A program made the position numbers and the translations under genes. Below are positions 25,501 through 36,070 of a DNA stretch of 64,000 nt, piece by piece. Within the stretch, counting starts at the first letter, position 1; every line of letters begins with the position of its first letter. The stretch comes from Amphiscolops sp. MND2022 (taxonomy: Eukaryota): the NCBI GenBank assembly GCA_964187785.1, contig OZ076409.1, positions 35,838,001 to 35,902,000 of the forward strand. Direction: 5' to 3'. The notes beneath the pieces are model-generated. The model did not search any database. It was given only the letters and a program-made list of their open reading frames with translations, and was not told where the DNA came from.

Positions 25501-26924
25501 GAAAATACTCGAAAACTAGAAAATACAATTCCATGATTCTTTTGTCGAGATTTTGAAGTACTGGGGACACTAAAATGATACATTTGACATCAACGTTTTT
25601 CGAGCGAAAGACTACGTTTTCGACAAGGTTTCTAAATACACTCATACCTTATAGTGAAGTGCCAAAAAACTTTCAAATCGTCAGAACTTGAGACGTTTCG
25701 GAGTTGTTTTGAGGAAGCCGAAACCAAGAGCACTTGTGTCGCACACAGAACACACCAGGGGCCAGAGATAGCTCCTCCAGTGGTTTCGTACCAGATGCCA
25801 CACATTTTCCATCGTTTTCCAAAGACAAAATCTGAAAGAAAACTGGTTATTCATTGACAACACTAGGAGTTAAGAGGGACATATCAAAAAAACAACAACG
25901 GAAAAAACTCGAAAACTAGAAAATACAATTCCCATATTTTTTTTGAGATTTTGAAGTACTGGGGACACTAAAATGATACATTTGGCATCAAAGTTTTTTG
26001 AGCTAAAGACTACGTTTTTGACAAGGTTTCTAAATACACTAATAACTTGTAGTCAAGAGCCGAAAAACTTTAAAATCGTCAGAAATTTAGACGTTTCGGA
26101 GTTGTTTTGAGGAAGCCGAAACCCAAACACTTTTGTCGCATACAGAACACACCAGGTGCCAGAGATAGCTCCTCCAGTGGTTTCGTACCAGATGCCACAC
26201 ATTTTCCATCGTTTTCCAAAGACAAAGTCTGAAACAAAATTGGTTATTCATTGACGACACGAGGAGTTAAGAAAGCCATATAAAAAACAACAGCGGAAAA
26301 AACTCGAGAATTAGAAAATACAATTCCCTGATTTTTTTTTCGAGATTTTGAAGTACTGGGGACACTGAAATGATACATTTGACATCAACGTTTTTTGAGC
26401 GAAAGACTACGTTTTCGACAAGGTTTCTATATACACTAATACCTTATAGTGAAGAGCCGAAAAACTTTCAAATCGTCAGAAATTGAGACGTTTCGGAGTT
26501 GTTTTCAGGAAGCCGAAACCCAGAACACTTGTGTCGCATACAGAACAAACCAAGTGCCAGAGATAGCTCCACCAGTGGTTTCGTACCAGATGCCACACAA
26601 ATTCCATCGTTTTTCGAAGACAAAGTCAGAAAGAAAACTGGTTATTCATTGACAACACTAGGAGTTAAGAGGGACATATCAAAAAAACAACAACGGAAAA
26701 AACTCGAAAACTAGAAAATACAATTCCCATATTTTTTTTGAGATTTTGAAGTACTGGGGACACTAAAATGATACATTTGACATCAAAGTTTTTTGAGCAA
26801 AAGACTACGTTTTTGACAAGGTTTCTAAACACACTAAAAACCTATAGTGAAGAGCCGAAAAACTTTCAAATCTTCAGAAATTGAGACCTCTCGGAGATGT
26901 TTGAGGAAGCCGAAACCCAGAACA
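10525..26924. repeat. Tandem satellite array, ~395-403-bp monomer, about 41 copies
   Basis: Monomer landmarks (gtgaagagccgaaaaa; gaagtactggggacactaaaatgatacattt) recur every ~400 bp, e.g. starts at 10895, 11295, 12090, 12486 ... 26449, 26847. The ORF track repeats with the same period. Confidence 0.98.
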
Positions 26925-27499
26925 AGTGTTCTGGCTCAAGAACACTCGAGACCTCTAGGGTTGCTAGTGTCGGCTAGCGAAAAACTGTCAGACTTCTGAA
27001 AAACATAGCGAGCTTGTGTTTTTCTTGATTTCTTTGTTAATATTCAGTCTGGAAAAACGAAACGAGAACTAAACAGATTCATTTACACATTTAATTGAAA
27101 GACGGCCTGATAAACACCCAGAGACATAATACAGTTATTGTAGTGTAATTATAATGTAATGTGTCAGACCTGATTCTTTGCCCAACAACAATAAACACAA
27201 GAATTTGGCAGACGACAAACTTCGAGGTTTGTCCGGTTGGAGATGCCTGCGAAAGTTATTTGTCAGTCACAACCAGTGCTGTGCTAGAACCAACATGTAG
27301 CAATCCTCCATTAAATTGATGATTAAGATTACGAAACTCTTACTTCTTCTAACCACTCAGTCATGAAAATTATAACAACAATCAAATAACATATTCGATT
27401 ACTCGTTTGAACAACCGGGAGACGTGATAAACGCCCATACTGGAGTTTGAATGGACATTCTTCCAAAATTATATGGAGTTTGTTTTCTTCCAAAAGTTT

Positions 27500-29400
27500 T
27501 TTTCTTCCAATGGAGTTTGGTTCTTCCAAAATTATATGAGTTTATGTTATTTGTTCGCGTTGACACTCCCCAATTGTTCTCCGAGGTGTCCCAAAGAATG
27601 AAAATTGAAGCTCTGTGAGTCACTTCCATATAGTTCTACAAAGTTGTTAAGAAAATTGAAAAGTAGTTTTTCAGCATCTTGGATGTCGTCTCGGATGAAA
27701 CTCGCCTTGATAATAGTCTAATTGCAATCGAGGGCTGATTAAAAGAACGATGTATATCATCTCGAAGTAGTCCTTCGAAACCAAAGCTGCCGTAGTGAGA
27801 ACGAAAAATATCCCTCGCTTTCTAAAACGGCAACTCAGACAGCAGTCTTGGTTTGCAGTACAAGTTTGTTGGACTGGTCATGTTTTTGAGGCGTTGTTCA
27901 GCTACTGGGATGTCATGTTTGGATAGAAAGCCAACAAGTGCACTCATGTTTGACTTACCGAGGTGGACTTGGTGCATGGCATCGGTTGGAACGTCACCAA
28001 GAAAATCTTTTTCTTCGCCCTTTTATTCTATTTATCATTGTTTTTGTTTCGGCCGAATTTGCGTCCCTCTTGGATTATTCAGATCAACGGTAGAGGAAGC
28101 GTTTCTGCACTGAGACGTTGAACATACTTTGTATTACGTATTTTCCGGGTGGTCAACACTATCATCAGCCCCCAAAAAAATGGCCTCATGACTGAAAAAA
28201 CTAATTAACATCGACAAATGAATTGAAACAAGAAGAGCGCTTTTTACTTGAACCATGATTTTACTTGTGCGCTTCAATCCCTTGTACGTAACTGAATATT
28301 GAACGTTTTAACATCTCAACAGTTGAATTCGGAAAACAAACGGGAAAACAAAGATAACGTTTTTCAATATGTTGTGATTCGATTTTAAGGCAAGTATAGA
28401 CGCAAAAGTTACCTCGTCGGTTTCATCAATTTTCGGGTTGTAGCAGACCACTCCACTTTTGGACCTCAATACACATGCGAGACCCCTCCCTTCCAAGTTT
28501 AAACCGCCTGGTAATCACACTTCAGCGAATTGTGACTGATTGGGTGACCCAAAAAGGGGAAAAAACGGAAATTCAAAAAACTTTTGAAAAACTATCTGAG
28601 AAAGTTTCCTCTTGAATAAGAACCAGACAGTAGGTAATGACGCTCGTTGTAAAGTTTTCTCAAAACAAAATCAAAGCCCAATGTTTTTTCTAACAAACTT
28701 GCCTGGCATGAATAAAGATGTCTATGCTTTTCATGGGCTCCTGGCATGTTCGCATATAACAATAAAGGCAACCACAGATTTAGTTGAACTGAACGACATT
28801 CAAGGAGGATGATTCCGCTACCATGTCGCAAACGAAATCTCCCAAATTGACATCCAAATGCTTTTTTCAGCTTACTACAGTACACACCAGTTGTAATGTT
28901 TATTAGTTCTTTCTTTATTAATGGACCAATCAAAGTATCAAAGTGAAATCCGGTTCACTGTTGCCTCCATAAAGCCACTAGTATCATATTTTCAAGGGCA
29001 GTTCGTCTAGGGCTGGGTAGAGTATCAACTAAGGCCCAGAAAGACCAAAAAATTTTGCCGAGCGAAATGAAGTTGCACCGTCTGTATTGGTCAAAAGTGT
29101 AACTGTTGTTAGATCTGCGAAAACATTGTGATTCCGCTCAAGGACTCGCGATACTTGTTTTCTGATTTCTAGCACCTCGATGCCGTCTGAATAAATTTTT
29201 GTTCTACGATGATTCAGATTTTTCGGAACAATATTCGGTCCTGGCAGCAGTCGCTTGAACAATGTTAAAAGTTTCTTTTGAGCGTTTTCAGGTAGTTTAT
29301 GTCTCTCAACAAAGTCCCGGTAAATTTCTTGAAACCCTTACACACTGATATCAGAACCTTCATAGAGTGCAAAATAATCGGAAAACGAGCTGCCATCAGA
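27500..29400 (-). pseudogene. Decayed CACTA/EnSpm (CMC)-like DNA transposase of the metazoan type
   Basis: Ordered minus-strand motifs: RHKLPENAQKKLLTLFKRLLPGPNIVP (~29220-29310), TLLTNTDGATSFRS (~29060-29100), FVCDMVAESSSLNVVQFN*ICGCLYC (~28757-28836), VPTDAMHQVHLG (~27958-27995), YGSDSQSFNFHSLGHL (~27583-27630). Multiple stops and frameshifts. Confidence 0.8.
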
Positions 29401-30317
29401 GAAACTTTGGTTGGTCGTTTTTTCAGAAAAGGAAAATTCCAGATTGCAAGGAAGATGCAGCGAAGTAGAGCAGCAAACCACTTCGTGAGCTGGCACTATT
29501 GGACTGTTTACAATCGAAAGTGTATCAGAAGGTGTAGGGTTGTTGTCGGAAGACAAACTGTTCCTACAAAAGCTAATAAAGTTTGCATCGGATATCGGTT
29601 TCATTTTCTTGCTTTGGGATGTTCCAAATCTCCCGTTGATACATGATGTAGAAAGGGCTGATAAGTTCATGTCATAGCGTTTTAACACATCATTGTATAT
29701 AGAAAATAACAAAGACGTACAAGCACTAAAGGAACCTATTTTATACGAAGAACGATTCTCATTCTCGAATCAAATGACAATCAGAATTTTCGAAGCTGTT
29801 TCGTCGTCGAAAGAGTTGGAAAAACGTTCCTATACAGAACCTTATAAAACTGGTAATTATGAGTAGAATAAATGTAATAATTGCATCATTCATAATCGTA
29901 CTTTTTAACCAATTTTACAAGGTTTCAAATTTTGGCGATTTTCAGTTTCACGACGATTGTGAAGATAACCATTTTGGTATTTTATTCGTTTTCATTTTAC
30001 CACAGATCAGCCTTGTATGTAGGTCTCTTCTAAGTCCGCGATTGGCAAACTGACTTGAAATGCTCAGAAAGAGGACATGAGGGACCTGCAGACTTCCTGA
30101 CTTTTTCGAACTCAGTTCCGACCATTCTACCTCTCTCACTAGTCATCCGTGCTTCAGACCTAGTACGGGAATTGAAAACGACAATTCTGTTCCCCCTTGA
30201 AATCTTCACCTTTCTTTATACCTCTCAGTGGTCTCAGAGACATCAATTGGTTCTGATTGTTGGAATAGATAACATTAGGCCAACACGAGTGGTTCGCAAA
30301 AAACAATGGCCCTAGCA

Positions 30318-30755
30318 TTAATTCTTCTCTCTTTCGTTTGAAGACGGAACATTCGCATCAACAAGCAAATCACAAAACTTAGGTATTTCAGCAAGAAACC
30401 CCATCAACTCAATTTTACTCCCCATTTCGTTATCTCTCTTCCCAAAAACGCCAAGATTCGTAAACCTCTGTTCCGGTAAATAAGAAACTGGCGCAAACGC
30501 AAAGTCAACCAACGCTTTTTCATACGCATCAGTCAAAGTTACAACAAGCTCATCATTGATTGTATCATTGGAGTCTGGCGACAAAATTTTGTGAGAAATA
30601 ATATCACAGCTATCTATCAAAGTGCTTGTGACAAATGCATCAGCCACGGCTAATTGGTTCCACCCAGAAACACTCATTGACGTCTGAAACGAGGCAATCG
30701 ACCTATTGGGTTGAAATGAAGAAATGAATTCTTCTTGGGAAATGAATGGGCACAC
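30318..30755 (-). other. Unassigned 145-aa ORF upstream of the CACTA-like transposase (possible second ORF remnant)
   Basis: Same strand, directly upstream of the transposase; protein-like composition but no motif recognised. Confidence 0.25.
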
Positions 30756-32039
30756 GAGAAAAACTCAGCGAAAAATCTAAAAACGTTTAAATGCAACTTT
30801 CGAACTTTCATTACTCTGTTGGAAGTTGACAAGTTGTTCAATAAAGTTCTTGTTTCAAACTCAAACCGCTGATATAGCTATTCGCAACCAATAAACTGAC
30901 TTTCAGCAGAACAAAATAAAGATTTTTCTACGAATCGAACTGAATGGATCAACAAAAGAAATTGATGAGTTTCAGAGCAACAAAATCTGGCGAAATTCCG
31001 TCTCTATGACCCCTCAAATTTTTGAAATTTTTGATGAACAACAAAAGCAATTGTTCCTTTTTTCTCGTCTAAATCACTTGCCTGTTTGACAAACAAATTA
31101 CTGAAACTAGAACTTTTTAACTTTGACGATCATTGGTTCAACCTATTTTCTTTAGCGTGTTTTGTTCAGTGAGCGGACATCGATAAGTTAGATGTTGTTC
31201 TAGCGTTTCACCTGACGTTTAGGGGCGGAACAAAGTATGATGGAAAAATTAACTATAAAGACTAATTTAGACTAATTTAGAGACATTGATTTCTTCAATA
31301 TGAACGTATATCTTAAGGGCATATTATGAGAGTATATTTGATACCAATGCGGTCAATACAAAACCATCAATGAACAGAATAACATTAGGAAAACTAACGC
31401 GAAATCAAAAAAAACTTGGTGTGAAGATAGCCAGTGCTATCTCCGATAAAGTATTAAGAGTGATGTTTGTGTGATGAAGAATTATTATTTCTATTGTTTC
31501 TTCTTTCGTCATCATCTCAGGGAGTCTCAACTAATATGGAGGGAGACTTCAAAGGCCGGGCACAGGGCGAGTTTTGCGCGTCCTTCATTCGGTTCTTTAA
31601 TTCAGTTCCAAGTTGATTAACGCTACTCCGGCACTTAACAGAGGATCCCGAGAGGGAAGAGACTTTGTGTTCGATGCATTGTAAATAGAAAACAGATAAA
31701 GAGTAAAGAGTCGATGAAGCATACAGTCTGAAGGGAACAGGTACCACAGCTAACTTTAAAGCAGTTCGGCCGCTGATCCAAAGCGTTTCTCAAAACAGTT
31801 CATGAAAAAAGTTGGCTTTGAGAACAACCTCGAAATGGATGAATACATACAAAAAGCCGGTTCTCAAAAAAACATCAACTGTAACGACACTCGGATCCAG
31901 TTCAGGACTTAGAAGCTAACTGTCATTACTTAGACTGATTGCAACATAAATTTAATTCTCATTCAAATATTTAAACGATGCCCAAAGTAAATGTGAGCGT
32001 ATCTCATTCCTTCTCTAAACAAATTGCTAAAGGCATAAT

Positions 32040-33595
32040 TCATCGAAAATATTAGAATCTATTAGCCACAAATGATAAATTTCAGCTTTGAAACACTTGC
32101 AGTGAGGATAGCCAATTCGATGTTGATGTTGTCGTAGCCAACAATCAGTTTGATTTTTAATATTGCAGAAAACTCTTGAGGCATTCCTCTGAAAAGAGCC
32201 CTTCTGCTGGGTCTCATTAGATTTTCCGCTGCCAGAACGTAATTTGAAACCTTCCCAGGAGACATGATACAAGTTATCAGATCACCCATGGAGGAGAGGA
32301 ATCGTGCATTGTGACGACCGTACTGCATTGGAAGGCCACCGAGTGATATACTTCCCAACATACCCTTGAATGCGTAATCAAAAACAATAGACCACCCAAA
32401 AATGATTTTTGTAAAAGTTTGCTCAAGCACAGCCAGTGCAGCACTGCAAACGAAACGGATGCTACTCTAAGCATCTAGATGTAATTACACCAGAAGTTAA
32501 ATCGCGCAGGAAACAATGTATGTCTCATTTATTCTCGTTTTGGGGGGTTTCGCGCCCCACATGTTCGTCCTTCTTTAGAATCAATTGCTAGACTCAATTC
32601 ATAGTTCAAAGAAGTATTTTTGAACCTATTACCTAGAAATTATGATCAAATTTATTCTCGAACCACTTTCATTGAGGATAGCCATTGAAGCAAAATCTTC
32701 GAAGTTGCGCCAACGGCTTATTATGCGCCTGCGTGATTATTATGCGCACTTCTTGATAATTTAATCTCCTCTTCTACGCGCAACATGCTGCGCAAAAGTT
32801 GCTCCATAATTGTATTCTAAACACAACCAAGTTTGAATGGAAAAAGACTTGAAATTGGAGAGAAACAATAAGAGCATACCAGGGCAGCAAAACTAGCTGC
32901 ATTTGAGTTACTCAATTCACCTCTATCGCAAATTGAATCCAATGTTATTCGCTTAGAGGGCGGTTCCAAACAGTTAAAACGCGCAAGCAAAAAATTGGAT
33001 GACTCAGTCTTTCTCGTTTTGGGGTGTTTCGCGCCCGACATGTTCGCCCTTCTTTATACCCAATTGCTAGACTCAATTCATAGTTCATTTAATTAGTTGT
33101 GAACCTATTACATAGACGTTATGATCAAATTCATTTTCGAACCACTTGCAGTTAGGATAGCCAGTGTTAAGCTCCGTTAAGCGGTTGGATGTTGTTGTTA
33201 TTATAGCCAACAGTTTATTTTTCCATATTGGAGGCACTATGGCAACGCCTACCTCTGAAAACAGCCTTTCTGGTGGGTGTGATTAGAGTTTGCGCTGCCT
33301 GCACCTATCCTAAATCCTTCCCAGGACACATGATACACGGTATCTGTTCACCCTTGGAGGAGAGGAATCGTGCATTGTGACCACCATACAGCACTGGAGA
33401 GCAACCAAATGAAATAATTCTCAACATACTCTTGAATGCAAAGAGTAATCAAAAAAACTAGACCGCCCAATAAAAGGATTTTTATTGTAAAGAAGTGCTC
33501 AAGCACAGCCAGTGCTGCGCTGTAAGCCAATCGGAGGCTATTCAAAGCGTCCAGATGTAATTACACAGAAAAGTGAAACGCGCCAGAAAACAAAA
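32040..33595. repeat. Diverged ~590-bp direct repeat (about 2 copies) with an intervening segment
   Basis: 32090-32520 matches 33140-33595, and 32533-32685 matches 33011-33165 (ttctcgttttgggg..tttcgcgccc..catgttcg; gaggagaggaatcgtgcattgtgac). Confidence 0.8.
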
Positions 33596-34547
33596 TGTTG
33601 CACACAGCTTTGAACTTAGATATATTTTGCGATATTTTGCATCTGAAAAGCATGAAAAACGTCAAAGCTCAATTGTTGGTGATAACTAGAATAGTTTCAA
33701 CATTTTCCTAATATACATAGATAAACATTGTTGGTATACTTAGACCTAATTATTTTTTATGTTCTCTGTATAACTTGTAACGTAAAAATTCATTATGACT
33801 TAATACATTAATTTATTTGGAAGAATAGCCAAAGAGAAGACTTCCGAGGTTCCTTCTCGAAAAATACAAGATCGAAACGTTTCAACCAGAATGTTACAGA
33901 GGGGGATTGTCAAAAAGGCGATGAAGGTGTCGGTACGCTGCAAGCTGCAGAGTCTCCTTGCAGCGCCAGTAACGGTCCCGTCAGTTTTTGAACACAGAAC
34001 AGAAAACAGTTGTTTTAGTTGCTGATCGAACCAGCGTTATTGACTGGATCGACCGACAGCAAGCTTTTTTGGCATTTAACTCGAGATATTTATCGATTCA
34101 ATGCATTTTGACTCAAACGCGAAGAAATCATTTGCTTTCATGGACATGATGAAAGAATATCGTTGACTAATTATGGTAAACAACTTCGGTTTTACAGAAC
34201 ATTTCTCGTGGATTATGCTTAATTAGACAGGTTTTTTTTTCAATAAATTTTCATAACCTTATCTCAGTAAGCGCGATTACATTTTAATTGCCATAAGGTG
34301 ACAAAGTTCTAGGTATTTTGCTAAATAAATGGATTTTTATAGCGAAAACGTTTTGGGGTACAGTTCATAAGTTAAAATTTTGGCGACATATCTATTCCGA
34401 AAAGCTTCTAAACGAAGAAAAACCTTCAAAAAAGCTCACCGTTTTTCCGGTTGAGAAATTTCCATTTCAGAAGAAGCTGCAAAAGAAGTTTGAGTACAAC
34501 AGAATGAGAGTGCAAAAGAACGGAAGTCAAAAGAGATCTGGAAATGT

Positions 34548-36070
34548 GTGATTTTAGACGTTAATCCACAAACATAGTGACTTTAGACGTTATTCCACAA
34601 GAAAATTGATTTTAGATGGTATTCCACAAAAATTGTAATTTAGGACGTAATTCTACCACAATACGGTGATTCTAGACATTTTTTTGAACTACAGTGTTTT
34701 TAGTTGGCGCTTTTCCATTAATGGAAAAATGCCCGACAATAGCAGTGACTGTTTTTTTCTTCAGACTACAATCCTTGCACTGATCGGTCCACTTTTTAGA
34801 AACAATCCTGATACCACCTATGGCGCCCAGTCCGGCAAAGGGGCCAAGGCAAACTTAGTGCAAAGAGTCCCCCTTTCATTTTTTACTTTTTCAAGGTAAC
34901 CTACAAAACCGGACGAGAATAAAGAGTCCTCCTTTTGATTTTTTTTCGGCACTGTGCAACATTTTTTCGAAAATTTTTTTTGTCTCCAAAGGGTTCCCCT
35001 CTCATTTTTTTATCTTTTTAAACGTAACCTAGAAAATCGGCCATTACTAAAGGGTCCCCTTTTGATTTTTTTGGTACTGTGCGACTTTTTTCGAAATATT
35101 TTTTTGTCTCTAAAGGGTCCCCTTTTCATTTTTAACATTTTAACGTAACCTAAAAAACCGGCCGAGACTAAAGGGTCCCCCCTTTGAGTTTTTTGTTATT
35201 TTGCAACAGAATGCATGTTTATAAATCAAAAAGGGTCCCCTCTTTTACATTTTTTGGCACTGTGCGACATTTTCCGAAAGAAAACATTTTTCGAAACTTT
35301 CAAATTCGTTATTCGTTATTTCAAAGACGTTATTCTGCAAAAGTATTGTTATTAGACTTTATTCTACAAGAATACAATGATTTTGGACATTATTTTAGTG
35401 TCTTTAGGTCCTATTCTATCAAAACAGAAGGATTTTAGACGTTATTCTACCAGAATACGATGATTTTTGACATAATTCTAGTATTATACATTGTTTTTAG
35501 ATCTTATTCTACCAAAATAAGAGTGATTTTAGACGTTATTCCAGAAATCTAGTGATTTTAGACGTTAATCCCCAAAATAGTGATTTTAGACGTTATTCCG
35601 CAAAAATAATGATTTTAGACGTTATTCTATCAGATTACGGTAATTTTAGACATTATTTTAGAAAAATACAGTGTTTTTAGATCTTATTATACCAAAATTG
35701 AGTGATTTCAGACGTTATTTTAGAAATATAGTGACTTTAGACATTATTCCCCAAAAAAGTGTTTTCAGACGTTATTCCAAAAAAATAATAATTTTAGACG
35801 TTATTCTACAAGAACACAGTAATTTTAGACATTATTCTAGTGGGATACAGTGTTCGGAGATCTTATTCTACCAAAATAGATTGATTTTCGACGTTATTCC
35901 ACAAATGTAGTGATTTCAGATGTTATTCCTTAAAAAAGTGATTTTAGACGTCATTCCACCAAAATATTGATTTTAGACGTTATTCTACCAGAATACAGTG
36001 ATTTCAGACATTATTCTGGTAAAATACACGTTATTCCAATAAAATTATTGGAATACACGTTATTCCATTT
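34548..36070. repeat. ~30-bp minisatellite (gattttagacgttattc core), interrupted by a HINE-like element
   Basis: Core recurs every 28-33 bp at 34548-34700 and 35320-36070; further blocks occur inside each 1.5-kb unit. Confidence 0.93.
34698..35305 (+). mobile_element. Second, 3'-truncated member of the HINE-like family with expanded ~120-bp internal repeats
   Basis: Begins TTTTAGTTGGCGCTTTTCCATTAATGGAAAAATGCCCGACAAT, matching the reverse complement of 8080-8122. Body matches the reverse complement of ~7700-8075 (aaacttagtgcaaag, cggcactgtgc, aaagggtcccc repeats). Confidence 0.78.

Noticed and set aside
10507..26714. Dozens of repeated 60-120-aa ORFs (MLSMNNQF..., MKSRKTFK...) as a tandem gene family
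   Set aside because: They occur on both strands, mostly use non-ATG starts, and are shifted by 2- and 4-bp indels between monomers; by-products of the satellite.
26950..31230. Terminal inverted repeats for the CACTA-like element
   Set aside because: Candidate ends (cctctaggg... / ...tttagggg) match too poorly, and no TSD was found.
34548..36070. Regular 17-bp core with variable linkers as a CRISPR-like array
   Set aside because: Linkers are ~13 bp, mutually related and periodic rather than unique; eukaryotic context and no cas genes.
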